A stretch of DNA of 64,000 bases from an uncultured Rhodospirillaceae bacterium (GCA_900550445.1 URSF01000008.1:787-64786), one strand, 5' to 3'; positions 1-10,227 are shown, counted from the first letter of the stretch. The notes: generated by a model from the sequence alone, not told the origin. Numbers and translations: made by a program.

Positions 1-17
1 AGCTGAGCTACACTCCG
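1..17 (-). tRNA. 5' end of a tRNA gene cut by the window edge (isotype undeterminable)
   Basis: Reverse complement of nt 1-17 reads CGGAGTG-TA-GCTC-AGCT. This gives a 7-nt acceptor strand, U8/A9, the D-stem and the start of the conserved D-loop. The rest lies outside the window. Confidence 0.3.
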
Positions 18-98
18 AAGAAGTGTTATTGCTTATAGCGCGAAGTTTGATATACTGCAAGAGGGTTTTATCTTTTTTTTATTTTTTTAGGTGCCGTC

Positions 99-1118
99 GT
101 GAAGAAAAATATCGCTGTCGCTGTGGCCGTTCTTTTTTTTGTCGCTGCTTTATTCTTTATTTTTTACCCGGATTCTCAGGAAAATCAGGTGCTTCCTTTT
201 TCGGACGAACCGTCCCTTCAAAGTGAAACAACCGATATTCCGTTTGAAAATCCCGGCAGGTCTGCGGACAGTGAAAAAAAGACTCCGACTGAAAATATCG
301 CGGAAAATGATTCGACTGTTCCGGCTTTGAAGGCTTCGTTTGATATTGTCCGAGTCGAAAAAGACGGCAGTATGGTCGCGGCCGGTAAGGGTACGGCCGG
401 CGCCGTCGTTTCTTTGATGGACGGCGAAAGTGTTTTAACTGAATTTACCGTCAATGAAAACGGCGAGTGGGTTTATATTCCTTCGGAACCTCTTGTTTCA
501 GGAACGCATGAAATATGGCTGCGCGACGATTCGATGAACACGCGCGACGAATCTGAAGTCGTCGTTGTTGATGTCCCCGAACCTGAGCGCGCAGGGGAAG
601 CTTTGGCTGTCATGATGTCGCCCGATGCCGAAGATGTCAGCGTTTTACAGGCGCCGGCGCCGCAGGTGCAGATTGATATTGATATCCGTTCCGTTAATTA
701 TGTTAATGACGCGTTCGTCATACGGGGGACAATTCGGGAATCCGGACGCATTAATTTATACGCCGATAATTTGTTTTTAGGCAATATTTGGGCCGAATCC
801 GGCGAGTGGTCTTTGCGTGTTCCCAGAAAACTGGAAGCCGGTCGGAAATATTTAATCCGGGCGGACAAAGTGGATTTAAAAGGAAAAGTCACCGCTCGCG
901 TTGAAGTTCCTTTTGAAATCGAAAAAGGAATCGAAAAAGCCAAACGCCGCCGTATCCGTGTCGTCAAAGGCGATTGTCTGTGGAAAATCGCAAAACATTT
1001 ATATGGTACGGGGTTTGCTTATGTGACGATTTATCAGGCCAATAAAAATCAAATTAAAAATCCCGATTTGATTTATCCGAATCAGGTTTTTGTTTTGCCG
1101 CCTAATCCGGAAAAATAA
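99..1118 (+). CDS. LysM domain-containing membrane-anchored protein
   Basis: 339-aa ORF with GTG start and N-terminal hydrophobic anchor (AVAVAVLFFVAALFFIFY). C-terminal LysM motif VVKGDCLWKIAKHLYG...YQANKNQIKNPDLIYPNQVFVLP. Confidence 0.85.
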   Translation: MKKNIAVAVAVLFFVAALFFIFYPDSQENQVLPFSDEPSLQSETTDIPFENPGRSADSEKKTPTENIAENDSTVPALKASFDIVRVEKDGSMVAAGKGTAGAVVSLMDGESVLTEFTVNENGEWVYIPSEPLVSGTHEIWLRDDSMNTRDESEVVVVDVPEPERAGEALAVMMSPDAEDVSVLQAPAPQVQIDIDIRSVNYVNDAFVIRGTIRESGRINLYADNLFLGNIWAESGEWSLRVPRKLEAGRKYLIRADKVDLKGKVTARVEVPFEIEKGIEKAKRRRIRVVKGDCLWKIAKHLYGTGFAYVTIYQANKNQIKNPDLIYPNQVFVLPPNPEK

Positions 1119-1199
1119 AGGAAAGGCGAAAAAATACTTTTTTCTCTTGAAATGTTGGCTTACAACTACAGCCGTCAATAAACTTAAAAGGAGCTTTTA

Positions 1200-1907
1200 A
1201 TGTCCCGAGTTGATTTATCCTGGCGCCGTTTTATCCTTCCTCCGATTCACCTGGAAGGTTGGCGGTTTGTCGGAGTTTTTGCCGCCGTAACCGTTTTAAT
1301 GTGGATGTTGTTCAAGCCGGTCGGCGTTGTCTGTCTGGCTTTAACGGTATGGTGCTATTTCTTTTTCCGCGATCCGCGCCGGGCCGTTCCCGCAGGCGAT
1401 ACGCTGGTTTTGTCTCCGGCAGACGGGATTGTCAGCGCGATTGCCGAAGTCGTCCCGCCCAAAGAACTGGAAATCGGCGAAGAACCGATGACGCGGATCA
1501 GCATTTTTATGAGCGTTTTCAGCGTTCACGTCAACCGGGCGCCGATGACGGGAAAAATTACGAAAATGTTTTACAGGCCTGGGGCTTTTGTTGATGTTTC
1601 TTTGGATAAAGAAAGTGAAAACAACGAACGTCAGGAATTGGCGATGGAAACCGTTACGGGACAAAAAATCGCTTTTGTTCAAATTGCCGGACTGGTTGCG
1701 CGCCGGATTCTGACTTTTGTCAAAGAAGGTGACCAGTTAAAAGCCGGAGAACGCTTCGGTTTGATTCGTTTCGGCAGCCGGCTGGACGTTTATCTGCCCA
1801 AAGGCGTCGCACCGTTGGTTCTGGAAGGCCAGACCGCGGTCGCCGGAGAAACGATTTTGGCGGACATGGCTGTTTCAGGTCCTGCGCGCAAGGGGGAAAT
1901 TGTCTGA
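1200..1907 (+). CDS. psd: phosphatidylserine decarboxylase proenzyme (short type)
   Basis: 235 aa with N-terminal TM segments. LIRFGSRLDVYLP contains the G-S autocleavage site typical of short Psd enzymes. SD AAAAGGAG lies upstream, and the gene overlaps pssA by 8 nt. Confidence 0.9.
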   Translation: MSRVDLSWRRFILPPIHLEGWRFVGVFAAVTVLMWMLFKPVGVVCLALTVWCYFFFRDPRRAVPAGDTLVLSPADGIVSAIAEVVPPKELEIGEEPMTRISIFMSVFSVHVNRAPMTGKITKMFYRPGAFVDVSLDKESENNERQELAMETVTGQKIAFVQIAGLVARRILTFVKEGDQLKAGERFGLIRFGSRLDVYLPKGVAPLVLEGQTAVAGETILADMAVSGPARKGEIV

Positions 1908-2688
1908 TATGTTAAAAGATTCCCGTAAACGAATTAAAGATCTGCCGTTAAATCGGATCGCGCCCAATCTGGTGACATTATTTGCTTTGTCGTCCGGCGT
2001 AACGTCTATTCGTTTCGCAATGGAAGGCAAATTCGAATTTGCCGTCTTTTCTATTTTAATGGCTTCTGTTTTTGATGCTTTGGACGGCCGTGTCGCGCGT
2101 ATGCTGCGCGGAACGTCCGATTTCGGGGCGGAACTGGATTCTTTGTCCGATGTTGTCTGCTTTGGCGTTGCACCCGGGCTGCTGATGTATTTCTGGGCGC
2201 TGGGAACGACGTCGCCGGTCGGCTGGATTTTTGCCTTGCTGGTGCCGATCTGCTGCGCTTTGCGTTTGGCCCGGTTCAATATTATGCTGGACGAAGGGCC
2301 TCAACCGTCTTATTGGAAACATTTCTTTGTCGGCTTGCCGGCGCCGGGCGGCGCTTATATCGCTTTGGTGCCGATTATGCTGTATTTCCACAGCGGCAAC
2401 GAATTTTTCCGCAGCGGCCCGTTTGTCGAAGCTTTTTTGTTTATCAGTGCATTTTTAATGGCTTCAAGGTTGCCGACCATTTCGTTAAAGCATTTTCGCG
2501 TTCCTGTCCGGTTCGTTGTTTTGCTGTTGGCTTTAGCCGGTTTTTATGCCGGCGCGCTGGTATATAAACCCTGGTTGACCGTCAGCACGACTTTCGTTCT
2601 TTATTTGCTCAGCGTTCCGCTTTGTTCTTATGTGTTTTTAAAGCTGAAAGCTAAAGAAGAAGGAAAAGCTGAAAAAACGCAGGAATAA
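1900..2688 (+). CDS. pssA: CDP-diacylglycerol--serine O-phosphatidyltransferase
   Basis: 262 aa, polytopic. CDP-alcohol phosphatidyltransferase signature DGRVARMLRGTSDFGAELDSLSD. Coupled to psd. Confidence 0.9.
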   Translation: MSDMLKDSRKRIKDLPLNRIAPNLVTLFALSSGVTSIRFAMEGKFEFAVFSILMASVFDALDGRVARMLRGTSDFGAELDSLSDVVCFGVAPGLLMYFWALGTTSPVGWIFALLVPICCALRLARFNIMLDEGPQPSYWKHFFVGLPAPGGAYIALVPIMLYFHSGNEFFRSGPFVEAFLFISAFLMASRLPTISLKHFRVPVRFVVLLLALAGFYAGALVYKPWLTVSTTFVLYLLSVPLCSYVFLKLKAKEEGKAEKTQE

Positions 2689-2700
2689 TAAAAGACATAA

Positions 2701-2728
2701 AAAAGGCCGGAGTTATCCGGCCTTTTTT
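2701..2728. terminator. bidirectional intrinsic terminator between convergent pssA and ABC permease
   Basis: GGCCGGA-GTTA-TCCGGCC stem-loop (2705-2722) with an A-run upstream and a T6 run downstream. Confidence 0.7.
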
Positions 2729-2750
2729 GTGTAACTGAGTTTCCAAAAGA

Positions 2751-3965
2751 TTATTGATATCTCAATGCTTCAATGGGATCCAGTTTCATGGCTTTATAAG
2801 CCGGGAAAACCCCGGAAACAACCCCGACGACAAAAGCGACGGTAAAGGATAAAATAACCGGCCACAGGCTGAAAGGAACGTCAACATGATAAATATGACC
2901 GCCCAGCTGCGAAAAACCGATACCCAAAATCAATCCGATTGTCCCGCCGATCATGGATATTAAAACGGCTTCAAATAAAAACTGAAGCATAATCCAATTG
3001 TTTGGCGCTCCCAGTGCTTTTCTGATCCCGATTTCACGCGTTCGTTCCGTAACGGAAACCAGCATCATATTGACAATCCCGATTGCGCCGACCACAAGGG
3101 AAATTGAAGCAATCGCCGCCAGCAAAATTGATAAAACCGTCCCGATCAGTTTGATGTTTTCGACGAATTCCGCAATGTTGAAAATGCGGAAATCGTCCGG
3201 GTCTTCATCTTTGATTTTATGGCGGGCACGCAAAAAGCGTGTAATCCGCTGTTCAACAAGGTTTAAGTTTTCCGTTTCCGAAAATTTAACGGCAATATGA
3301 TTGACGGCGTTTAGTTTGGCATAACGGTTAAAACGTCTTTGAACGGTCAGCAGCGGCATCATAACCGCCGAGTCCTGATTAGCGCCTCCCGTGCTGGAGC
3401 CTTTTTCTTTTAAAACGCCGACGATATTGAACGGCTGGTTTTTAATGCGGATCGTTTTCCCGATCGGATCTTCGTAAGGATACAGTTCCGTCATGACTTC
3501 GTGGCCGATAACGACGTTTGTCGTTCCCTTGCGGATATCTTGCTGGTCTAACCCGCGGCCTTTGGCTATTTCCCAGTTAGCCGTTTTCATGTAATCGGGA
3601 GTCGTTCCGGTGATGGAAACGCTCCAGTTATACGGGCCGTTGATCGCCTGGGCGCTGGTACTGAGCACCGGCGCAACGACGTCAAGTCCTCGCAGTGTTT
3701 TTAATGCGATGGCATCGTCCAATGTAATGGACGTCATGGGTTCAGAGGTCCTGACGGCAGCCCTGGGACGTTGAGAACGGATAATCAGCAAGTTTGCGCC
3801 CATAGCGACAAAACGTTCCTGAATGATATTCTGTACGGTCTGGCCGGCGGCAACCATCATGACGACCGCGCAGACGCCGATGATAATTCCCAGTGTTGTT
3901 AAAAAAGACCGCAGTTTGTTTCCTGTCATGGACAGGCAGGCTTCATGAAAAATGGCTTTAATCAT
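2751..3965 (-). CDS. MacB/FtsX-type ABC transporter permease
   Basis: 404 aa: N-terminal TM, ~230-aa periplasmic domain, C-terminal 3-TM FtsX-like domain. Overlaps the upstream ATPase gene by 4 nt. Confidence 0.9.
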   Translation of the reverse strand: MIKAIFHEACLSMTGNKLRSFLTTLGIIIGVCAVVMMVAAGQTVQNIIQERFVAMGANLLIIRSQRPRAAVRTSEPMTSITLDDAIALKTLRGLDVVAPVLSTSAQAINGPYNWSVSITGTTPDYMKTANWEIAKGRGLDQQDIRKGTTNVVIGHEVMTELYPYEDPIGKTIRIKNQPFNIVGVLKEKGSSTGGANQDSAVMMPLLTVQRRFNRYAKLNAVNHIAVKFSETENLNLVEQRITRFLRARHKIKDEDPDDFRIFNIAEFVENIKLIGTVLSILLAAIASISLVVGAIGIVNMMLVSVTERTREIGIRKALGAPNNWIMLQFLFEAVLISMIGGTIGLILGIGFSQLGGHIYHVDVPFSLWPVILSFTVAFVVGVVSGVFPAYKAMKLDPIEALRYQ

Positions 3966-4681
3966 TTCTGCTGTTCCATATAAGCATTAACATCACCGTC
4001 ATAAGCGACCTGTCCGTCAACAATCCTGACCAGGCGGCGCGCATATTGGGCAATATCGGGTTCATGCGTTACCAGAACGATCGTAATGCCTTGTTCCCGG
4101 TTAAGTTGTTGCAGAAAAAGCATAATTTCATCGCTGGTTTTGCTGTCCAGATTACCGGTCGGTTCGTCGGCCAAAATCATTTCCGGATTATTGATCAAAG
4201 CGCGGGCGATTGCTACACGCTGCTGCATACCGCCTGAAATCTGATTGGGAAAACGATCCGTAAAGCCTTTCAATCCGACAAGTTCCAATTTTTCGACGGC
4301 GCGTTTGATGCGTTCTTCTTTTGTCGTATCATTTGCGTAAATCAAAGGCAGAGAAACGTTATCCGTCAGTGTTCGGCGCATCAAAAGGTTAAATCCCTGA
4401 AACACAAAACCGATCATGTGATTGCGGATATAAGCCTGTTCATTGTCGTTCATGGCGGAAACTTCTTTGCCGCCCAGAATATACGTTCCCGATGTCGGGC
4501 GGTCCAGGCAACCCAGAACATTCATAAATGTCGATTTGCCGGCCCCGGAAGGCCCCATAATGGCAACGAATTCCCCTTCTTCCACGGTCATGTTGACGTT
4601 TTTTAATACGTCCTGTTTCATGCCGCCGCCCATAAAGTAGGTTTTACAGACGTCTTTGATCTCTATGACCTTTTTGCTCAT
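3962..4681 (-). CDS. ABC transporter ATP-binding protein (MacB/LolD type)
   Basis: Walker A GPSGAGKST, signature ISGGMQQRVAIARAL, Walker B ILADEPTGNLD, H-loop VTHE. Confidence 0.95.
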   Translation of the reverse strand: MSKKVIEIKDVCKTYFMGGGMKQDVLKNVNMTVEEGEFVAIMGPSGAGKSTFMNVLGCLDRPTSGTYILGGKEVSAMNDNEQAYIRNHMIGFVFQGFNLLMRRTLTDNVSLPLIYANDTTKEERIKRAVEKLELVGLKGFTDRFPNQISGGMQQRVAIARALINNPEMILADEPTGNLDSKTSDEIMLFLQQLNREQGITIVLVTHEPDIAQYARRLVRIVDGQVAYDGDVNAYMEQQK

Positions 4682-5835
4682 GGAGGCCCTCCGCGTTTGG
4701 CCGAAGCGGTTGTTGACAGGTCTTCCAGAATTACTTTTTCGCCTTCTGTCAGTCCGTCAAGGATTTCCGTTACCAGTAAATTGGAAATGCCTTTTGTTAC
4801 TTTGCGGGCAACCGGTTTGTTGTCCTGCAGAACGTAGACAATTTCCTGATTGGGCTTTAATGTTTTGCGTTCCTGAATCAGGCGCTGGCGGTCGGCGTTC
4901 GATATTTTTCTGGTTGATTTGATGCCCTGGCTGGCGGGACGGAATTGAAAGGCCATGTTTTGCAGTCTTAAAACGCTGGGTTTTTCTTCAACCGTAATGG
5001 TGACATAGGCCGTCATGCCCGGCAAAAGACGCAGATCATCGTTCGATATGGAAATAACGACCGTATACATGACGACGTTTGAATCTTCTGTCGGCTGCAG
5101 ACGAACCTGAGAAACGGTTCCTTTGAAAATATCGGCAGGGAAGGTGTCAACCGTAAAGTTAACCAAAAGCCCCGGTTTGATCTGACCGATATCGGCTTCG
5201 GAAATTTCGGCTTCAATCTGCATTTTGGTCAGATCTTCCGCGATTGTAAACAGTTCGGGCGTCTGGAAACTGGACGCGACGGTCTGGCCTTCTTCGACTT
5301 CTTTGGTGACGATAATGCCGTTGACGGGCGAAATGATGTTCGCGTACCCCAGGTTGCGTTTTGCTTTTTTGGCCTGCGCTATTGCTTTATCGTAAGTCGC
5401 CTGCGCGTTGACAACGTCCAGATCGGCTTCTTCCCATTCGTAACGGGCGATAAAGTTTTGTTCGTACAATTCTTTATTGCGTTTTGCGTTTAATTTCGCG
5501 TAATCCAGTTTTGCTTTGGCGTCTGTTACGGCCGCCTGCGCTTCTTTTAAGTCTTCGGCCAGCGTAAACGTTTCCAGCTGAGCGATCAGGTCGCCTTTTT
5601 TTACGATGGAATTATAATCGACGAATACTTTTTCAATAATGCCGGACACCTGCGTGCCGACGCTGACGATATTGACCGGCTGAATTGTACCGGAAGCTGT
5701 TACGTCAACGCGGATCGGACCGCGGGAAACCGTCGTCGTATCGTAAACGATATCGGATTTTTTACCGAAATGTTTGTAATAAAGACCGGCACCGGCCAAA
5801 GCCAAAACGATAAGAATAACAAACGCTTTTTTCAT
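4678..5835 (-). CDS. efflux periplasmic adaptor subunit (MacA/HlyD family)
   Basis: 385 aa with N-terminal anchor, long coiled-coil hairpin region (AQAAVTDAKAKLDYAKLNAKRNKELYEQ...) and beta-barrel C-terminal part. 4-nt overlap with the ATPase gene. Confidence 0.9.
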   Translation of the reverse strand: MKKAFVILIVLALAGAGLYYKHFGKKSDIVYDTTTVSRGPIRVDVTASGTIQPVNIVSVGTQVSGIIEKVFVDYNSIVKKGDLIAQLETFTLAEDLKEAQAAVTDAKAKLDYAKLNAKRNKELYEQNFIARYEWEEADLDVVNAQATYDKAIAQAKKAKRNLGYANIISPVNGIIVTKEVEEGQTVASSFQTPELFTIAEDLTKMQIEAEISEADIGQIKPGLLVNFTVDTFPADIFKGTVSQVRLQPTEDSNVVMYTVVISISNDDLRLLPGMTAYVTITVEEKPSVLRLQNMAFQFRPASQGIKSTRKISNADRQRLIQERKTLKPNQEIVYVLQDNKPVARKVTKGISNLLVTEILDGLTEGEKVILEDLSTTASAKRGGPP

Positions 5836-5838
5836 GGG

Positions 5839-7209
5839 TTAAAATCCTTTTTTCGTTCTGAAGGGATCAATCAGCCCGATTTTCCTGATAATATTTGTCT
5901 TGGCAATCAAGAGTTCATAAAAAGAACGGCTTCTGGTCGAACGAACGTCGGCCAGCCTTGACTGCGCGTCTAAAACGGTCAGAATGCTTCCTTTGCCGGC
6001 TTTGTACGCGCCTAAGGCGACTTTGGCATTTTGATCCGCGGAAGCAAACATGGTTAAAGAAATTTCATAGGTTTTCTTGGCGGTGAAAAAGTTTTGAAAA
6101 GTTGTCCAGACTTCATGCCTGATATCGTTTTCCAGCTGCTTGAGTTCCGCTTTTTTCTGTTCCAGCTGATAACGCGCCTGAGAAATCTGATATTGGTTTT
6201 TAAATCCCGTAAACAGCGGCACCGTCATCGTCAGTCCGACGGAACTGGAGTAAGAGCGTTGTCCGCCCTTTGTCAATTCGTCGTCGGCGTTCAGACCGGC
6301 CGACACGGCGAAAGACGGCGCGTTTTTTGATTTTTGCAGCTCTATTGTCGATTCGGCTTGTTTGATTGCGGCTTTTTGGGACAGAATATCGGCGCGATTG
6401 TTCAAAGCCGTTTGAAACAGAGCGTCAATGTCCTGCGGCAGGGAAAAATAATCCATGGAATATTTTTCTTCGTACAGTTCCAGCTGCTGATCCGGGGTGA
6501 AGTTGAGTAAAACGGCCAGTCGTCCTTTGGCCAATTCCAAAGCTTCCTCGGCTTTGGTAACGCTCAGCTGCGCTTCGGAATAAGACGTTTCCGCCTGCAG
6601 CTTGTCTGACAGGGCCGCCAGTCCCAGTTCATAACGCTTGGACGCCGCTTCGTAAGCGGACAGTGCGGATTCCAAAGTCGCGTTGGAATTTTTATATTCT
6701 TCCTGTGCGGCGAAAACCAGATAGTAAGCTTCCGCCGCGTCGAATATCAGGCTTTGCAGGGTGTCGGAACGCGTTGCCAAAGCGGCGTTCAGGGATTGTC
6801 TGACAATTTCCGTTGACGCTTCCCGCCCGCCGAAGTCGTACAGCAGCCAGTCCAAAGATACGCCCGCCGTCACCGGAGAAGCATTTGAATCCCTGCCGTG
6901 CCGGACATGGGTGTCCGTCTGGCGTATGCCGGCCGATAAATCTATTGTCGGCAGATAGTCCGCTTTGGCTTGTCCGTATTCGGCAGCCGAGGCCAAAGCG
7001 CCCATATAAAGTTGGCGGGTTTGCGGATTTTGGCATAATGCCAGATTGATAACGTCTGCCAAACGCAGTTTTTCGGCCGTAATGTTTGACGAAGAACAAA
7101 CCGGAGCAGTCGGCAAAACCGGCACCGTTTTTTCAACGTCAAACGGATCTGCCGCCGCTGTCGTACAAAACCCCGCGAAAACTAAAAAGATCAAAAAGTA
7201 AATTTTCAT
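5839..7209 (-). CDS. TolC-family outer membrane efflux protein
   Basis: Two internal repeats of TolC-type helical/beta segments. The likely start is the ATG at 7209 (MKIYFLIFLVFAGFCTTAAA signal peptide), not the ORF-track start at 7257. Confidence 0.85.
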   Translation of the reverse strand: MKIYFLIFLVFAGFCTTAAADPFDVEKTVPVLPTAPVCSSSNITAEKLRLADVINLALCQNPQTRQLYMGALASAAEYGQAKADYLPTIDLSAGIRQTDTHVRHGRDSNASPVTAGVSLDWLLYDFGGREASTEIVRQSLNAALATRSDTLQSLIFDAAEAYYLVFAAQEEYKNSNATLESALSAYEAASKRYELGLAALSDKLQAETSYSEAQLSVTKAEEALELAKGRLAVLLNFTPDQQLELYEEKYSMDYFSLPQDIDALFQTALNNRADILSQKAAIKQAESTIELQKSKNAPSFAVSAGLNADDELTKGGQRSYSSSVGLTMTVPLFTGFKNQYQISQARYQLEQKKAELKQLENDIRHEVWTTFQNFFTAKKTYEISLTMFASADQNAKVALGAYKAGKGSILTVLDAQSRLADVRSTRSRSFYELLIAKTNIIRKIGLIDPFRTKKGF

Positions 7210-7313
7210 TATCCCGTTATTCCGTCGAAAAGGAAAAAGGTTCTTTTTGTTTGACATTGTTTTTTAATACGTCCAAAGTCAACGTTATCTTATTCCATTG
7301 TAAAGAGTCAACG

Positions 7314-8810
7314 ATGTTTCATTCTTTCTTTAAAGGGAAAAAAATTAAAGGATTGTTTTCCTTATGTTTTTTCTTCGCCTTATGTTTTATCCTTAACGCA
7401 TGTAAAGAAGAAAAACTTGCGAAATATGTTTTCTTTTTTATCGGCGACGGGGCTTCGTACGCGCAACGGCGTTTAACCGAACTGGCCGGCGGGGACCGGC
7501 TGTTTATCAATACGCTGCCGATTCAAGGCAGTGCAACGACGGCGGCCGTCCAGTCGAATCTGGCGGATACGGCGGCTTCGGCCGGGGCGCTGGCTTCCGG
7601 AAAGCTGGGAAAAGAAGGAATGGTTTCCATGCTGGGAGAAAATGATCCCGCCGTTCCGTTAATAACGTCCGTCGCCGTGCAAAACGGTTATGCCGTCGGC
7701 ATTATTACGGATTCTTCTCTGGACGGCGTTGTTCCCGCGTCTTTTTACGCTCATTCTGCCAAAAAACAGAATTATTACGACATCGCCGTTCAAGCCAAAG
7801 ACAGCGGCGTTGCTTTGATGATGGGGCAGGCTTTTAAACGTCAGAAATCGTTCAAAAAAGAAGATTTAAGCGTCGTTTTGAAATCAGGCGGGTATAAACA
7901 GATTTCTTCGCTGAAGGGGCAGGAAAAGTTGCCTGCGGGCAAAGTCGTCGCGGCGTTTAAAAATATTCCTTTCGCCATTGACGCAAAGCCGGATTCTCCG
8001 TCTTTGGCCGGTTTCGTTGAAAAAGCCGTTGAAAAATTCAAAACGGAAAAAGGTTTCGTTTTAATCACAATCGCCGGAAAAATGAATCAGGCGGCGGAAA
8101 TGCATGATACGGCGGCTTTGATCCGGGAAATGGACGCTTTTGATCAGGCGGTGAAAAAAGCGTATGATTTTTATCGCGAACGGCCGCAGGAAACTTTGAT
8201 CGTCGTTACCGGAACGGTTGAAACGGGCGGTATGACGCTGGGAATTGACAATTCCGCGGATCTGAACGTCGGTGTTTTTAAAAGTCAGAAAATTTCGGCG
8301 GAAGCGTTTAAAACTGCCGTTAACCGTTTTCGTAAACGTCGGCAGATCGGGGCGACTCTGGAAAATTTTATGCCGCAGATCGAAAAAAATTTCGGATTGC
8401 GGCTGTTATCCAAAGAGCAGAAAAAAGAATTGACGAATCAGGCGGGAAAAGGAAACGAAGACGCCAAACTGGCTTTGGACATGAATTTGAACGCTGTGGA
8501 ACTGTCCGCGCTACGCGAAGCATTTCGATACAGTATGGCGGAACCGGCAAAACGACCGAAAACCGAAGCTTATTTAAATAAATACGGAAAATATGATCCC
8601 TTACAGACGGCGCCGATCAAAATTCTGGCGCGGCGGGCGGGCGTCGGATATTCGACGTTTGGTCAGACTGCCGTGCCGATTCCTGTTTCCGCCGTCGGAA
8701 ATGGCGCTTTTTTCTTTATGGGAAGTTATCCGCAAACGGCTTTGTTCGGAAAAATTCTGGGCGCTATGGGGCTGACGACCGTGCCGGCCGATCAGAAAAA
8801 AGAACCGTAG
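7314..8810 (+). CDS. alkaline phosphatase-family lipoprotein, probably catalytically degenerate
   Basis: Start reassigned to ATG 7314 because the ORF-track start overlaps tolC. Lipobox FILNAC. PhoA-like motif order: FFFIGDG, ADTAASAGALASGK, GIITDSSLDGVVPASFYAHS, TLIVVTGTVETGG, FGQTAVPIPVSAVGNGA. Confidence 0.75.
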   Translation: MFHSFFKGKKIKGLFSLCFFFALCFILNACKEEKLAKYVFFFIGDGASYAQRRLTELAGGDRLFINTLPIQGSATTAAVQSNLADTAASAGALASGKLGKEGMVSMLGENDPAVPLITSVAVQNGYAVGIITDSSLDGVVPASFYAHSAKKQNYYDIAVQAKDSGVALMMGQAFKRQKSFKKEDLSVVLKSGGYKQISSLKGQEKLPAGKVVAAFKNIPFAIDAKPDSPSLAGFVEKAVEKFKTEKGFVLITIAGKMNQAAEMHDTAALIREMDAFDQAVKKAYDFYRERPQETLIVVTGTVETGGMTLGIDNSADLNVGVFKSQKISAEAFKTAVNRFRKRRQIGATLENFMPQIEKNFGLRLLSKEQKKELTNQAGKGNEDAKLALDMNLNAVELSALREAFRYSMAEPAKRPKTEAYLNKYGKYDPLQTAPIKILARRAGVGYSTFGQTAVPIPVSAVGNGAFFFMGSYPQTALFGKILGAMGLTTVPADQKKEP

Positions 8811-10179
8811 TTTCTTCGGCTTTTCTTTCTTTTTCCAGGCGGCTGTATTTTCTGAACTGCCGGACGGCAATCGGAATTGAAATCAGAAAGCCAAGAAAAT
8901 CTGCCGCCGGAAAAGCGTAAAAAACGCCTTCCAGGCCTAAGTAACGCGGCAGAATGATCAATCCGGGAATGATAAAAATCAGCTGGCGGCTGAGTGCTAA
9001 AAACGTCGCCGTGCGGGGGCATCTGGTCGCTTGCAGCAGAAACGTCGTTGCGACAGGCAGGCCGATCAGCGGATACAGTAAGCTGAGAATCTTCAAAGAA
9101 TTCGATCCGATCGTAATCAATTCCTGATCGCTGCGGTTAAATATCTGTATAATTTGAACGGAAAATAACTGCAAAATACTGCAGCTGATAATAAAAAACA
9201 GTGTCGAAATCATCAATGTCAGCCGGTAGATTTTTAACAGGCGGCCATATTTTTTCGCTCCCAGGTTAAAGCTGATGACAGGCTGAGCACCTTCACACAG
9301 GCCGATCACGGGCATAAACAGCAGAATTGTTACGGCAATCGTCGCGCCCATGGCGGAAACGGCTATGTCGCCGCCGTACAGAACAAGCGATTTGTTGATG
9401 ATCGTCTGCATTAATCCGTTGGCCAGCTGAATCATAAACGGAGCCGTACCGACAAAACAGATCATCAGCAAAATTTTAACGGAAAAAGAGGCATATCTTT
9501 TTCTGAACCGGTAAGGGGCTTTTGACGACAGAAAAAAAGAAAATGCCCAGAGAAAAGAAACAACCTGAGCTATGACCGTAGCATAGGCGGCTCCAGCAAT
9601 TCCCCAGTGAAAAATGAAAATAAAAACCGGATCCAAAATAGTGTTCGTGACGGCGCCGATCAGCATGGTATACATGGCGATATGGGGAAAACCGCTGGCT
9701 CGGATAAAGTTATTCAGCGTCATGTTCGTCATCATGAACAATGCACCGCACAGTGTGATTTTTAAATAAGTTTTGGCATACGGCATGATTGTCGGCGTCG
9801 CGCCGTAAAGTTTCAGCAGAGATTCCAAAAATAAAAAATGAATAATGATAAAAATAATTGCCAACAGTCCGATCAGCATAACGGCGTTGGTAAAAATCCG
9901 TTCGGCTCGGGGAATCTTTTTTTGTCCCAAACTGACGGCAAAATTAACGCTGCCGCCGATACCGACCATTAATCCGAAAGCCATTTGCAGGACGGTTGTC
10001 GGAAAGGAAACGGCAACTCCGGCCAATCCCAAAGCCCCGATTCCGTTGCCGATAAAAATACGGTCGACCAGATTATAAGACGCATTAATCAACAGGCCGA
10101 TTACGGCTGGCAGAGCAAATGTCCATAATAATCGGGGAATGGGGTCTGTTCCCAGCTGCAGTCGTCTTGTGTCCGTCAT
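8764..10179 (-). CDS. MATE family efflux transporter
   Basis: 471 aa with 12 predicted TM. N-terminus PIPRLLWTFALPAVIGLLINASYNLVDRIFIG is typical of MATE proteins. Confidence 0.9.
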   Translation of the reverse strand: MTDTRRLQLGTDPIPRLLWTFALPAVIGLLINASYNLVDRIFIGNGIGALGLAGVAVSFPTTVLQMAFGLMVGIGGSVNFAVSLGQKKIPRAERIFTNAVMLIGLLAIIFIIIHFLFLESLLKLYGATPTIMPYAKTYLKITLCGALFMMTNMTLNNFIRASGFPHIAMYTMLIGAVTNTILDPVFIFIFHWGIAGAAYATVIAQVVSFLWAFSFFLSSKAPYRFRKRYASFSVKILLMICFVGTAPFMIQLANGLMQTIINKSLVLYGGDIAVSAMGATIAVTILLFMPVIGLCEGAQPVISFNLGAKKYGRLLKIYRLTLMISTLFFIISCSILQLFSVQIIQIFNRSDQELITIGSNSLKILSLLYPLIGLPVATTFLLQATRCPRTATFLALSRQLIFIIPGLIILPRYLGLEGVFYAFPAADFLGFLISIPIAVRQFRKYSRLEKERKAEETTVLFSDRPARSSAP

Positions 10180-10227
10180 TGTTTTTCCTGTTCCTTATCG
10201 ACGATTGGAACAGGTGTATAGGGAATT

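Noticed and set aside
7086-7313. Long N-terminal extension of the alkaline-phosphatase-like ORF (ORF-track start 7086)
   Set aside because: The extension overlaps the tolC coding region on the opposite strand. An internal ATG at 7314 gives a canonical lipoprotein signal peptide.
8764-8810. 47-bp convergent overlap of the phosphatase-like and MATE genes as a regulatory antisense feature
   Set aside because: It is explained by the two stop codons lying in a short shared tail, with no hairpin or conserved element visible. It is probably just tight packing.
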